64,000 nucleotides of DNA. It comes from Spirochaetia bacterium. GTDB taxonomy: Bacteria > Spirochaetota > Spirochaetia > CAKZLE01. The notes under the pieces were generated by a model that had not been told where the DNA came from, did not search any database, and was given only the letters and a program-made list of their open reading frames with translations. Positions within the stretch are counted from its first letter, which is position 1, and each line of letters opens with the position of its first letter. The DNA is taken from assembly GCA_963677595.1 (NCBI GenBank), contig OY782041.1, forward strand, positions 4,192,001 through 4,256,000, written 5' to 3'. Positions 1 through 11,024 of the stretch are shown in pieces. The position numbers and the translations under genes were made by a program.

Positions 1-597
<597 letters not shown>

Positions 598-828
598 ATA
601 AGTTAAGCATCCGAAGATGCTCATTACCATTTTTCGTTTTCCCCTGTCTTCTCGCTGACTTTGATCTCTTGACCTTTCGGTCATTCGTTCGTCATCGTTG
701 AATTGACTTAGGACCCTTACGGTTCCTATATTCGTCTCTTTTCCTTCTCTAAACTGTTAAACATCTGAGCTCGCCGGCTGACCAGCTTCGCTCTTCGCTT
801 GCCCATGTTCCCATGAACGCGCTCGATT

Positions 829-858
829 GTTATATCAAATTTGCGGCCTTCATGTCAA
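829..858 (-). promoter_or_regulatory. rRNA operon promoter (proximal): TTGACA-18-TATAAC
   Basis: Sigma70-like hexamers on the minus strand upstream of 16S. Confidence 0.6.
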
Positions 859-955
859 CCTGATCTGCCGTATTTCGTGAACTTTTTTTCAAAGTCCGAG
901 ATGCTTGATCTCTTGATTTTCGGTAACAGGCTGCTGTTATTGGCAAGCTTCACCT

Positions 956-984
956 AACATATAGAAAACCGGTAACCGGGTCAA
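956..984 (-). promoter_or_regulatory. rRNA operon promoter (distal): TTGACC-17-TATGTT with AT-rich upstream tract
   Basis: Hexamers and 17-bp spacing; tandem promoters are typical of rrn operons. Confidence 0.55.
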
Positions 985-1092
985 CCCATTTTTGAAATAA
1001 AAGATATTTCTTTACGAACTTTTCATACTCCATATCAACATTCTCAGGAAAACATGGTATACAGAACGGGAATAACCGTAAGGAGCATGACT

Positions 1093-1719
1093 ATGAATCT
1101 CGTATTTTTAGGCCCTCCCGGGGCTGGTAAAGGAACGATTGCCCAAGAGGCAAAAGATTTTTATGGGATCCCCCACATCTCAACCGGGGACCTGTTTCGT
1201 GCAGCTATCCATAATGAGACCGAACTCGGCAAGAAAGTGAAGGCGATCCTGGCAGCAGGGGACTTGGTACCTGACGAGGTCACCATCGCGATGGTAAAGG
1301 AACGACTCGCTGAGGCGGATGCGAAAGCAGGGTTCATCCTTGACGGGTTCCCACGGACCATCCCGCAGGCAGAGGCTCTTGCAGGGATCGTGGAACTGGA
1401 TCATGTGATCAACTTCACCATCGAGAAGGAACAGGTGATCAGGAGGCTCTCAGGCCGACGGGTCGCCAAGCAGTCAGGTCGGGTCTACCACCTGATCTAC
1501 AATCCCCCGAAGGTGGAAGGCATCTGTGATGTATCAGGGGAACCGCTGATCCAGCGTGATGATGACAAGGAAGAGGCAATCATGAACCGGTTGGACGTCT
1601 ATGACGCACAGACGGCCCCCCTCATCGATTACTATGAAGGGACCGGGAAGCTCCGGAACATCGATGCTAGCGGATCAGTCTCGGAAGTCTTCGAGCTCCT
1701 GAAGGGCGCTCTCGCATAG
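1093..1719 (+). CDS. adk: adenylate kinase
   Basis: MNLVFLGPPGAGKGT, HISTGDLFR, FILDGFPRT, QRDDD; RBS AGGAG at 1081. Confidence 0.97.
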   Translation: MNLVFLGPPGAGKGTIAQEAKDFYGIPHISTGDLFRAAIHNETELGKKVKAILAAGDLVPDEVTIAMVKERLAEADAKAGFILDGFPRTIPQAEALAGIVELDHVINFTIEKEQVIRRLSGRRVAKQSGRVYHLIYNPPKVEGICDVSGEPLIQRDDDKEEAIMNRLDVYDAQTAPLIDYYEGTGKLRNIDASGSVSEVFELLKGALA

Positions 1720-1728
1720 CAGTCTCGA

Positions 1729-1755
1729 CATCAGGCTGCTTCACGCAGCCTGGTG
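1729..1755. terminator. hairpin between convergent adk and TPR gene
   Basis: CATCAGGCTGC-ttcac-GCAGCCTGGTG. Confidence 0.55.
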
Positions 1756-1760
1756 CACCC

Positions 1761-2705
1761 CTACTCCGTTATCGGTCCTTCGGCTGCTTTGGTAACGGTG
1801 ACGACCCGGATGAGGTTATGATCCTCGAGCAATCCAAGGAACGCTGAAGCCGTCTCCCCTTCGAGCGAGTCGTAGATCGAGAGCAGGTTATCAACATCAG
1901 CATAGCCTGCCTCAAGGGCCATTCGGTAATAGGAGATCCCATCCTCACCTTCCATCGTGAGGGCAAGCCTTCCCAGTTCAAGCAGGAGTCTGACCTCCCC
2001 AGGATGTGCAGCCTGCGCTTCCTGAAGGATCCCGTAGACTTCAAACTGTATATCGGAACCCGGCTCGGCATCTTTGTAGTACTCCAGGAACTTCTCCAAC
2101 GCGGGAAGGTAGCCGGGATCCTCGAGGACAGCGGTCTGGTACCACTCCCTGCCGTCTCCCCCGCCGGTCAGGGTATCGAACTCACCGAGCAGGTAGAGCA
2201 GTTCCCCGCTCATGTTCCCGGAGTTAAAGAGGTCCAGGAGGTAGTCCTGGGCTGTGTCATACTGCCCCAGGTTGAGGGCGACCTTTGCCACCTCCAGCTC
2301 CAGGTCAGCCCCAGGCCACTCCTCGAGGATCCGGGCATAGTCTGAGAGAGCCTGGTTCGAGTCCCCGTTCCGGTAGTACACATACGCCTCGAGCATGCGC
2401 CAGTCCCGGCTCTCCTGTTCTTCTGCGATATAGGCCTCAAGGACCTCGAGCGCTTGTGAGTATTTCCGGTTCGAGGTATACAGCAAGGCCAGGTTGTAGG
2501 CGGCTGCATGGTATCCCGGGTACTCCTGCAGGGCAGAACGGAAGGCCTGTTCAGCATCCTCCGTCCTTCCCAGCTCCATATAGGCATTCCCGAGGTTATA
2601 GGACTGCTCGGCAGTCAGGGTAAGCGGATCAGTCGTCGTGCAGGAAGCCATCACCAGCAGGGCTAGGATGGCTGTGACGACTGAGATCCGGGAACGGTCA
2701 GCCAA
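1761..2705 (-). CDS. tetratricopeptide-repeat lipoprotein
   Basis: Lipobox MASC; TPR motifs (YNLGNAYMELG, AAYNLALLY); TTG start with GAGGAG RBS overlapping the upp stop. Confidence 0.8.
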   Translation of the reverse strand: MADRSRISVVTAILALLVMASCTTTDPLTLTAEQSYNLGNAYMELGRTEDAEQAFRSALQEYPGYHAAAYNLALLYTSNRKYSQALEVLEAYIAEEQESRDWRMLEAYVYYRNGDSNQALSDYARILEEWPGADLELEVAKVALNLGQYDTAQDYLLDLFNSGNMSGELLYLLGEFDTLTGGGDGREWYQTAVLEDPGYLPALEKFLEYYKDAEPGSDIQFEVYGILQEAQAAHPGEVRLLLELGRLALTMEGEDGISYYRMALEAGYADVDNLLSIYDSLEGETASAFLGLLEDHNLIRVVTVTKAAEGPITE

Positions 2706-3771
2706 GGACGGTCTCCTCGATCTTCCTGACCTGAGACCTATACAGTGATGCGATATTCGCACCGTAATCGGCGATCAGCTGGATCATGTTCCTGGGGTTG
2801 TCCTCCTGGTCCCGGCCGTTGAGCCGGTCACCGGCATCACCGAGTCCCGGGAGTATATAGGCATTCTCATTGAGGACCGGGTCCATCCACAGGGTGTAGA
2901 CCTCCGCATTGTCTATCGCACGGACAATCCGGAGCGCACCCTTCAAGGCTGAGACGACATTGATGAACTTGATCGATTTCGGTTTGATCCCCTCATTCTT
3001 GAGGTACTGGATGATCGTGACGAGCGATCCGCCGGTAGCATTCATGGGATCAGCGAAGACCAGGTCCTTCCCGTCGAGGGACTGGAGGTCAAAGAACGAC
3101 TTGTCGAGGTCGAGCACATACTCCATGTTGTACTCTTTCTTCGTGTCATCCCGCTTGATCCGGAAGAGTGCGAACGGGGTCACGTAGTTCTCGGATGAGT
3201 ACTCCTGGATCTCCTTGCTCAGGATCATGGAGGGCAGCAGTGCCCCCCTGAGCATGACGCACATCACGGTATTGTTGATCATCTCATCCACGTCCGGGAT
3301 CTTGTGGACCGCGAAGTTCTTCACTGGTATGGTAACCGGGGTCTCGGTGATCAGGTAGTTCTTGTTCTTCAGCGCGTTGTCGGCAAAGGCAAGGTTGAAC
3401 AGCAGCTCATACGCACGCTGTACGTAATAGACGAACTCCTCATGCTTTGTCTGCGGGTTCCGCAGTTTTGCGATGAGGCGGGAAGCTTCCCCGTGGGCCT
3501 CTTTCGGGGTATCGAAGGAGTAGACGTGGATGTTCTTCTCCTTGCTCACGATATCCTGCATCTCCTTGCCCATGGCCTCATAGGACTTGATCAGGGAATC
3601 CTTGGCATCGGCAAGACGCTTCTCATGAGCCCCTCCGTCGATGACGTCGAACTCCTTGATAGCTTTCTGAAAGAGTGTATCCATCAAGGCTATCTTCTCT
3701 TTATCCTCTTCTGCGAGGTATCCGTCGAGATCTGATGCTTTAAGTATGATCTTATTCATAATCTGCTCCAT
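2698..3771 (-). CDS. upp: uracil phosphoribosyltransferase (long form)
   Basis: VMLRGAL, FADPMNATGGS (PRPP loop), YILPGLGDAGDR. Confidence 0.85.
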   Translation of the reverse strand: MEQIMNKIILKASDLDGYLAEEDKEKIALMDTLFQKAIKEFDVIDGGAHEKRLADAKDSLIKSYEAMGKEMQDIVSKEKNIHVYSFDTPKEAHGEASRLIAKLRNPQTKHEEFVYYVQRAYELLFNLAFADNALKNKNYLITETPVTIPVKNFAVHKIPDVDEMINNTVMCVMLRGALLPSMILSKEIQEYSSENYVTPFALFRIKRDDTKKEYNMEYVLDLDKSFFDLQSLDGKDLVFADPMNATGGSLVTIIQYLKNEGIKPKSIKFINVVSALKGALRIVRAIDNAEVYTLWMDPVLNENAYILPGLGDAGDRLNGRDQEDNPRNMIQLIADYGANIASLYRSQVRKIEETVLG

Positions 3772-3971
3772 GTTTTCGTTGTCACCGAACAGTATAGTCT
3801 ATCAGGGTGAAAAAGGAAACCGCTTACAGGTTCACAGACAAATGCAGGGGGGAATATGGAGTTCAGGGCCATTACCCCTTATACTGAAAGCAGATGGCAG
3901 CAGCCATACGGAGGTGGATGATATACGAGAAGGTGTTCTTCCTCCCGACTGGCCCGATCCCCGCCTATTGA

Positions 3972-4655
3972 TCACCAGATGAAGGGGACCAATCGGTAAC
4001 GGACCTGTTTACAGTACTCATCGTAACCGGTGAGTTCTTCTCGTAACAGCTTCTCCTCGTTCAGGATCCTGAAGACCAGTACCGGCAGCAGGACAGCTGC
4101 CGGGATGACTCCCCACCAGGAACTGAGGGCTATGGAAGAAGCTGCGTACATGAGCAGGATCCCGGTATACATTGGGTGGCGGATCACGGCATAGGGCCCA
4201 GTCGAGATGACTTTCTGGTCTTCGGTGACTTCCACGACACGGGAAGCAAAAGAGTTGGTCTTGATCACGGTGAATACGAAGAGGTAGGAGAGCAGCACTG
4301 CTGCATCACCGAGTCCGATGATCCAGACCGGCATCACCGACCAGCCGAACCGGTGGTCGAACCCCGGGATCACAAAGGTGGCTATGATCGTAGTCGAGGC
4401 AAGGGCGACGAAGAGCTTCTGCGCTCCCTGCGTCTCCTTCGTCTTCATCCGCTTCTCCAGGATCTCAGGATCAGTCCTGTAGAAATAGACCATAGCAGCA
4501 CAGAGCGGGACCATCAGGATCCCGATGAACACATAGACCTCCCAGAACCGGAATGTACCAGCAGGCCACAGGACGATGAGCCCCATGAAGAGGGGGAACA
4601 TCGCGATCCTGAAGATGACCTTGATCAGCAGCTTCTTCTTCTCTTCCATATGCAC
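3972..4655 (-). CDS. isoprenylcysteine carboxylmethyltransferase (ICMT/PEMT) family membrane protein
   Basis: VISTGPYAVIRHPMY and RILNEEKLL..L.GY..Y motifs; several TM helices. Confidence 0.88.
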   Translation of the reverse strand: MHMEEKKKLLIKVIFRIAMFPLFMGLIVLWPAGTFRFWEVYVFIGILMVPLCAAMVYFYRTDPEILEKRMKTKETQGAQKLFVALASTTIIATFVIPGFDHRFGWSVMPVWIIGLGDAAVLLSYLFVFTVIKTNSFASRVVEVTEDQKVISTGPYAVIRHPMYTGILLMYAASSIALSSWWGVIPAAVLLPVLVFRILNEEKLLREELTGYDEYCKQVRYRLVPFIW

Positions 4656-4842
4656 CTCCTGCTTCCTGTCTTATTCTACCATGACCAGGCAGGGCGGTCG
4701 AACAGGAAATACCACAAATCATACTCTGAATACCTATCCCTTTTACTTGCAATGATTTAGTAATGTAACCTTGTCACAGGAACTCTGTTCTTGAGGTAGA
4801 GGGACAGCTTCTGCTTGACACACCAGATCAAGGAGGAGAACA

Positions 4843-5748
4843 GTGAAGAGAATCATAACAATAACAGCTCTTGTAATGGTCATGATAGTGATGGTCACCT
4901 CCTGTGACCTGCTCGCAGGCCTCTTCGGGGATGACTGGGAACCCGACCCCGAGGCGGTGGAGAGGCCGGATGCGGAGCTCTCCGAACAAGAGAATTCTAC
5001 AGTAACGATCGGCTTTGAGAACCTTCTGGACCTTGACTGGTTCTATATGTACAACTATACCGATGAGGGTGAACTTCCTGAATGGGTCTCCGTATCAGGT
5101 GGTGCTGATCCATACGACACGACCTATCTCAAGCCCGAACGCGACAATGCGGAGGAGGACTCTACTGACCCGTATGAGGAAGCAGGCCCCAAGGCAGACA
5201 CCACGTGGAGGATCGATCTCGGTAACACCTTCGACCTGACCTATGAGTTCAAGTCACCGTCGAATACCACTGGCTACTTCGGTCCCAACTTGAGCCTCCG
5301 CTATGATTATGATCCTCATGCATCGATACCGGAAGAGGATGTCGTCTCTGTCATCTTCCGAAAACGTCCGTATGAGACAGGGATCGAACCGGAATATGAG
5401 TTCTTCGTCTCCCACTATCAACCTGATAATACAACAAGCCCGGACGGTTTCCTCGGCGATTACTACCATATGGACCAGCTCATCCCGGATACATGGTACC
5501 GGATACGAGTAGAGTCTCGATACCTCTCCAATCTCGATAAAACAGAGGTAGAAGCCTTCCTCTACGATCTCACAAACGATCCTGATGTTCCTGACCTCGT
5601 AGCCTCCTCGGTGGAGACCTTCGACATCGACGGCACCAAGAGTTTTTACAACCCGAGCTTCTGGGCTTACGGGGATCCTGACTCGGCAGAACCGTTCTCC
5701 AACCGGTACATCATAGGCATGATGGAGGCATCGATCCCGGTCCTGTGA
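4843..5748 (+). CDS. hypothetical acidic lipoprotein
   Basis: AGGAGG RBS, GTG start, signal peptide with VTSC lipobox. Confidence 0.75.
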   Translation: MKRIITITALVMVMIVMVTSCDLLAGLFGDDWEPDPEAVERPDAELSEQENSTVTIGFENLLDLDWFYMYNYTDEGELPEWVSVSGGADPYDTTYLKPERDNAEEDSTDPYEEAGPKADTTWRIDLGNTFDLTYEFKSPSNTTGYFGPNLSLRYDYDPHASIPEEDVVSVIFRKRPYETGIEPEYEFFVSHYQPDNTTSPDGFLGDYYHMDQLIPDTWYRIRVESRYLSNLDKTEVEAFLYDLTNDPDVPDLVASSVETFDIDGTKSFYNPSFWAYGDPDSAEPFSNRYIIGMMEASIPVL

Positions 5749-5850
5749 CAAAAGATGTCTACAGATGTTGGCTGTTTCGAAGACTAACAATAATCACTTA
5801 TAATATAGCCAATTAGTTGCAATCTGCTGTAGTATTGCTCGCATCCTCTC

Positions 5851-5886
5851 TCTGGCGAAGGAATCGATCCTGAATCCTTCGCCAGA
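5851..5886. terminator. 12-bp inverted repeat (possible terminator)
   Basis: TCTGGCGAAGGA...TCCTTCGCCAGA. Confidence 0.45.
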
Positions 5887-6005
5887 CGAAGAACCCTCAG
5901 TAAATATGACAAAAACAGACCTCTATTTCTTTCTCTGTTTTCGATTCCGTTGAACCTTGTTCCCTGAATTCCTGCTTCTTAGAATTTAGGATAGGGGGAA
6001 GGAAA

Positions 6006-6356
6006 ATGAAAAGTAATTTGAAGAAAGTATTGCTGTCGATCGGCCTTATCCTGCTCGTACTCCTGATGTGTTCCTGTGACCTGCTGTTCTCCACACAGGT
6101 CAAAGTGATCAACAATACCAGTTACACGCTTCAGTTCGGCTACCGAAGCGGATACAGCACTGGAGGGTATGCCCTTGTTGGAACAATCTATGCCGGGAAT
6201 ACGAGATCGTTCGACATGGAAAGCGGGTTTTATGATTTTGCCATCGAGAACTACGGGACTACGGTCTACTACCAGAAATTCGGATATGATTACAACCTCA
6301 CGACAGGCTCAACCTGCGTGATCACCGCCTATAACAGTGTCTGTTATATAGATTGA
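6006..6356 (+). CDS. small hypothetical lipoprotein (predicted beta-rich)
   Basis: Signal peptide, MCSC lipobox, VKVINNT motif, RBS. Confidence 0.72.
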   Translation: MKSNLKKVLLSIGLILLVLLMCSCDLLFSTQVKVINNTSYTLQFGYRSGYSTGGYALVGTIYAGNTRSFDMESGFYDFAIENYGTTVYYQKFGYDYNLTTGSTCVITAYNSVCYID

Positions 6357-6397
6357 TCACGCATAGCAATCTGTCCGTCCGCTAACCTTGATACTCA

Positions 6398-7693
6398 TTA
6401 ATACTCATACTTCACCCTGACGTAGAAGTTGTCATCCTGGTTGCCCCGTGCCAGCTGGAGATCTGACGGATCCCCGGTCTTGATATCCCCCCCGAGAATG
6501 AGCTGCAGCTTCTCTGTCAGCGCATAAGAGACCTTCGGCGCCAGGTAGACCTGCGGATGGAGGTAGCCTGCATTGAGGCTGACCGCGAGCCGGTCATGGA
6601 AGAAGCTGTTCTGTATGTGGAGGATGGCGAATGCCACATGCTGCATCGGCTGCGTGAAGTAGTTGTTGAACTCCTCCGCCAGAAGGGTGTCGACGGACGT
6701 ATTGTAGGTCGGGGAATCCTTCCATGCATCGAAGTTGATGATGTACTGGTAGACGATATCTAACTGGGTCATGAACCCGCCCGGCAGGGACCCAAGGACC
6801 TGGGAGACGAGCGTTATATCGGAGTTCCTCACCCCGATGTCGGTACCGGCGAAATCCTCGGTCAGGTTGAGGGCAAGCTCCTCGGTCAAGGCAATACCCG
6901 CAATATTGGTACTGAATGCCCCGCCGATCGTGTGGTTCCGGGTATAGTTCGTATCAATCGTTCCGGTAAGGTCCGTACCGTCCCAGCTAGCATCAGTCAA
7001 GTCGTATCCCGGGGTCTGGTCGGTGTAGTAGCCGTAGCTGAGCTGCAGGTCATAATCCATGCCGTAGTGGTAGTAGTTGAGGTAGACCGAATGGGCATTG
7101 GAGAACATGTAGGGCTCGGCATCGAAGACCACATCGGTGGTTATATGGTCCTTGCTCAAGCTGACTGTAGGTGTCGGCTCGTAATCCGGCCTGGGGAACG
7201 GCACGTAGATGAGCTCGATCGTGTCGTCATAGGTCGGGTACCAGGAAGCCTGGATGAGGGCATCCGCCCTCTTCCCCTCGAAGGGGTCATCGAGGCTCAG
7301 CTTGGTGGCATACTCCCCGTTCACGCAGTTGAGGGGGCTGAAGATATCGACGAGGCCCGGGGCGACGAACTTCTGCCCGATTGACAGATCAATGGTCTCG
7401 AACGGTATATAGACATAAGCCTCCCGGAGGAGGTTCTCCGGGGCGACGGCCCCGTTCCCGTCGAGGAAGTCATAATACAAGTTGGCCGAGAGCTCGTAAT
7501 CCAAGGCGTAATCGAAGAGAGAGCCAGAGAGGGTCGGCTGGTAGTAGAGTCTGCCCCGCAGGTTCTCATAGCCTGTCGCCGGTTCGATCCCCCCGTAGTA
7601 GTCGGCGAAGAGGATCCCTTCGAAGTCGGCTGCCGCGGCAGTGAATGCCGCACAGATCAGCAGAAAGGAAAACAGAATCTTCTTCATAGGCAC
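6398..7693 (-). CDS. putative outer-membrane beta-barrel (DUF1302-like)
   Basis: Signal peptide, aromatic C-terminus (YVRVKYEY), position after LolA-like and MMPL genes. Confidence 0.65.
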   Translation of the reverse strand: MPMKKILFSFLLICAAFTAAAADFEGILFADYYGGIEPATGYENLRGRLYYQPTLSGSLFDYALDYELSANLYYDFLDGNGAVAPENLLREAYVYIPFETIDLSIGQKFVAPGLVDIFSPLNCVNGEYATKLSLDDPFEGKRADALIQASWYPTYDDTIELIYVPFPRPDYEPTPTVSLSKDHITTDVVFDAEPYMFSNAHSVYLNYYHYGMDYDLQLSYGYYTDQTPGYDLTDASWDGTDLTGTIDTNYTRNHTIGGAFSTNIAGIALTEELALNLTEDFAGTDIGVRNSDITLVSQVLGSLPGGFMTQLDIVYQYIINFDAWKDSPTYNTSVDTLLAEEFNNYFTQPMQHVAFAILHIQNSFFHDRLAVSLNAGYLHPQVYLAPKVSYALTEKLQLILGGDIKTGDPSDLQLARGNQDDNFYVRVKYEY

Positions 7694-8482
7694 CTACCTG
7701 TTCTCGAGGAATCGTTTGGTGAAATAACTGTCCGGGATCGCCTCGAGGCTGATCTCAGACATCTGGAGGACCGACTTGTGACCGGTCTGGATGTTCTCCA
7801 TCACGATCCGGGTCGGGTACATGTACTTCCCGCCGAGGAGCTCAGCCGCCTTCACCCGGTACTCCTTGACCTTCTCACCGGCAAGGTCGTAGTAGTCCCG
7901 TGCGAACATGACATAATCTGAGGCCCGGTAGAAGTTGATCATATAGCTCAGCTTGAGGTTCTGCCGCTGGGTATCGGTCTTGGTGCTCTCCTTGACCTTG
8001 TAGCAGAGCGTCCCGTCCACATACTCCTCACCGAGGTACTCCTGGTAGAAGTCATCCCGGGACTTGGGGATGAAGTCGCTGTAGGAGAAGTCGCTCCCCA
8101 TGAAGTAGCCTCCTCCCGAGGTCGCCAGGGCGATCCGCTTCACCCGCTTCACGGCAGGGAGGTACATCCACATGGTACTCTTCTCGACATCCTTGAAGGA
8201 GTTGATGAGGATGCCGGTATCACGGACACTCGGCGGGTACTCGAAGAGGAAGAGCCTGTTCGCCTCGGACTCCGTCTTGGACTGCTGGTATGCCTTCGCG
8301 CGGATCTCGCGCACCTCCCCCTTCGCCGAGATCAGCTGTACCGTCAGCGTCGTCGTGATGTGGGGAATGACGACCGACTCCTCATAATTCTCCAGGATCT
8401 CATCGAGGGAGATCGCCTGTGCGTTGAGGCTGAAGAGTACGAGCAGTGCCAGCGCTATGAACCAGTATTTCTTCATAATCAA
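7694..8482 (-). CDS. outer membrane lipoprotein-sorting (LolA-like) protein
   Basis: MWMYLPAVKRVKRIA and FMGSDFSYSD motifs. Confidence 0.88.
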   Translation of the reverse strand: MIMKKYWFIALALLVLFSLNAQAISLDEILENYEESVVIPHITTTLTVQLISAKGEVREIRAKAYQQSKTESEANRLFLFEYPPSVRDTGILINSFKDVEKSTMWMYLPAVKRVKRIALATSGGGYFMGSDFSYSDFIPKSRDDFYQEYLGEEYVDGTLCYKVKESTKTDTQRQNLKLSYMINFYRASDYVMFARDYYDLAGEKVKEYRVKAAELLGGKYMYPTRIVMENIQTGHKSVLQMSEISLEAIPDSYFTKRFLENR

Positions 8483-10656
8483 TCCTTTTTCTTCACCCGT
8501 GAGGGTAGTATGATAATGGGAAGCAGGTAGACACTCAGGAAGAACGAGATGACCAGAGATGAGACAAGCAGCAGGCCGAGTGTCCTTGCCCCCATGAACG
8601 ATGAGAGGAAGAGCACCGAGAACGAGAAGACCGACGTGAGGAAACTCAGGAAGATGGGTTTCCCGCTGAAGTCGATGATATAGGCGAACCCCTCCTCCAC
8701 CGAGGAGATCTCATCCATCGACTCGATGGCTCCCAGGGTATGTATGCTGTAATCGATGACTAACCCGATGATGATCGCGACGAATATGATGCTGAACGCA
8801 TCGATGCTGATCCCCGCGAACGATATGATGCCGAAAGCGAAGATCATGCTCAGGATACCGGGGATCAGGCTCATCAGCGCCATCTTCAGCTTCCGGTAGA
8901 AGATCAGGACCATGATGAAGATCATGAATGAGCCGATGGCGAAGGAGAAGATCCAGTTTCGCTTGAGGGTCCGCTCCTCGAGCTGCAGCTCGTTGGTCGT
9001 CCCATGGACAGTAAGGGTCCATCCATCAGGGAGCATCAGCCTCAGCTCATCGACGAGCGCATAGAACTCGCGCAGGGAATCGATGTCCTCATAATACAGC
9101 AATCCCTTGATGGAGAAGTACCGGTAGTTCGCGTTGACCATAGACTCATACTCGAGCGGGTCCACGCTCGAGGAGTAGTAGAGCAAATACTGCTCGACGA
9201 TGAACGAGCCCATGAAGTCATCCATCTCGAGGATGAGGTCTGGGTCACCCTCGAAATAGTAACTGAGCTGTTTGAGGACCGTCATCATCGAATAGGAATA
9301 CCCGATGACCTCGTTCTCATCAAGGCGCTCATGCATCTCATCGAGGATCCTGAGCGCCTCTGGCGAGAGGATCCCGCTCTCCTCACCGGTATCGATCTCG
9401 AGGAAATATTGGATACTCCCGTAGAACTCCTCGTTGATCAGGCTGTCCGCCTGCTTGATGGTATTCTCAACAGGCAGCTGGTCGAGGGGATACGGCTCTA
9501 TCTTCAGGTTGGGCAGCAGGAAGAGCCCGATGATGAAGACGATGACCAGCACGATATAGATCACCTTCCGCCCCTTCACGATCCAGGAGAAGAAGGAGAC
9601 CTGGATGGCATGGAACCTCGGGAGGATGGTACTGTCAGGCAGTTTCAGCTTCTGGTAGGGAAGCCAGAGGAAGACCCCCATGTAGGTCAGGACCACACTG
9701 ATCGAGATCAGGGTACCCAGCAGCAGATGGCCGGAACCGTTGATAAAAAGCAGGGAGAGGAACCCGGTCAGGGTGGAGATCGCCGTCATGGACAGGGGGA
9801 AGAGCAGCCGCTTCCTCACCTGGAAGGGATCCCTGTGCCCGGGGGCATAGAAGAGGTGGTAGTAGTAGTGAATGATGTAGTCACTCAACAGACCCAGGCT
9901 GAATACGGGGACGAGCAGGAGCATCGGGGAGTTCTCGACCCCGAAGAACCTGATGAAGCTGTAGGAGGCGAAGACGGCCAGGAGCATGAGCACCCAGGCC
10001 GTGGCGATCGCCCTGACGTTCCTCAGGCTCAGGAAGACCATCATGACGAGGATGATCAGCAGCGGGAGGAATATGAGGATATCATCGGTGAGGAGCTTCT
10101 CCGTCTGGGCGATGATCGGGGAACGGCCGGTATACTCGAGCTTCAGAGAGCTGTAATTCCCCTGCACCTCAGACAGCGCGCGGTTGATGACCGATGGCGA
10201 GACCTTATAGCCGAAATAGACATAGAAGAGCAGGGAGTCCTGGGATGTGCTGACATAGGGCATCAGCTCCGGGTACTTCCCGATCTCGGAGGGGAGAGCC
10301 TCGAAGAACGCACCATCCCGCTCGGCCGCTTCCGGGATGACCGGGTTGATGTAGATCTCGTACTCATCACTGCGCACTGTGGATGCGTTGAGGATCGAGT
10401 CGACCTGGGTGACCCCCTCGATCCCGATCAGCTCCTCCTGCAGCAGCTCGAGCTGGCTGATCGTCTTCTCGGTGAAAAGGGAGATCCCGCTGGATTCGAG
10501 GTCGAGCGTGACGATCACGACATTGCGCTGCGGGATGAGCAGCTGGCTCTCCGTATCCTGGTAGGGCTTGACCTCATCCTCCCCTTCAGGTGGGACTATG
10601 ATGAAGGCGATCAGAGCCAAGAGTATCACGATGGTTACAAACAGGTATTTCTTCAT
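8479..10656 (-). CDS. MMPL/RND family transporter
   Basis: Two repeats of TM + soluble loop + TM bundle; GLLSDYIIH and GLVIDYSIH motifs. Confidence 0.88.
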   Translation of the reverse strand: MKKYLFVTIVILLALIAFIIVPPEGEDEVKPYQDTESQLLIPQRNVVIVTLDLESSGISLFTEKTISQLELLQEELIGIEGVTQVDSILNASTVRSDEYEIYINPVIPEAAERDGAFFEALPSEIGKYPELMPYVSTSQDSLLFYVYFGYKVSPSVINRALSEVQGNYSSLKLEYTGRSPIIAQTEKLLTDDILIFLPLLIILVMMVFLSLRNVRAIATAWVLMLLAVFASYSFIRFFGVENSPMLLLVPVFSLGLLSDYIIHYYYHLFYAPGHRDPFQVRKRLLFPLSMTAISTLTGFLSLLFINGSGHLLLGTLISISVVLTYMGVFLWLPYQKLKLPDSTILPRFHAIQVSFFSWIVKGRKVIYIVLVIVFIIGLFLLPNLKIEPYPLDQLPVENTIKQADSLINEEFYGSIQYFLEIDTGEESGILSPEALRILDEMHERLDENEVIGYSYSMMTVLKQLSYYFEGDPDLILEMDDFMGSFIVEQYLLYYSSSVDPLEYESMVNANYRYFSIKGLLYYEDIDSLREFYALVDELRLMLPDGWTLTVHGTTNELQLEERTLKRNWIFSFAIGSFMIFIMVLIFYRKLKMALMSLIPGILSMIFAFGIISFAGISIDAFSIIFVAIIIGLVIDYSIHTLGAIESMDEISSVEEGFAYIIDFSGKPIFLSFLTSVFSFSVLFLSSFMGARTLGLLLVSSLVISFFLSVYLLPIIILPSRVKKKD

Positions 10657-10836
10657 ATCCCCTTCCGATCAGATCTGTAGCTATATTATACGGCAGAATC
10701 AGGCTGATGGTAACAGATTTTAAAGTGATTCCAGCCGTAAGGCAAGTAGCGAGATGCGTGCCTTACGGAATAGTGCCTTCAGGGGGGGAAACAGCAAGGC
10801 AGGTTATGTTAACAGTCTGTTAGAACCTCATGAGGA

Positions 10837-11024
10837 CTACCGGCACCTGAGACCCCAAAACAGACGGGATTACCTGGTGCCGGTAGTATACAGGGACGAC
10901 TACAGGCCTTTCGTGAACGCCTTCATCGTGTAGTAGAGTTCATTCCATTTGACCGTCTGCTCGAACTGGCCGATCACGGTTGCCTCATCGATGGTGAGCA
11001 TCTCCATGCCGCAGATCCGTGCAT
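10837..11024. repeat. left copy of 188-bp imperfect direct repeat (araA 3' end plus downstream hairpin)
   Basis: Ungapped match to 17785..17972 at offset 6948, about 14 mismatches by hand count. Confidence 0.95.
10900..11024 (-). pseudogene. araA: displaced 3' fragment of araA (last ~41 codons)
   Basis: Translates as ARICGMEMLTIDEATVIGQFEQTVKWNELYYTMKAFTKGL*. Confidence 0.9.

Noticed and set aside
9004-10680. 558-aa plus-strand ORF
   Set aside because: Antisense shadow of the MMPL gene produced by GC-rich codon bias; no recognisable motifs.
10735-10769. Inverted repeat CCGTAAGGCA...TGCCTTACGG as a MITE or IS end
   Set aside because: Single copy with no target duplication or transposase; probably a terminator-like hairpin.
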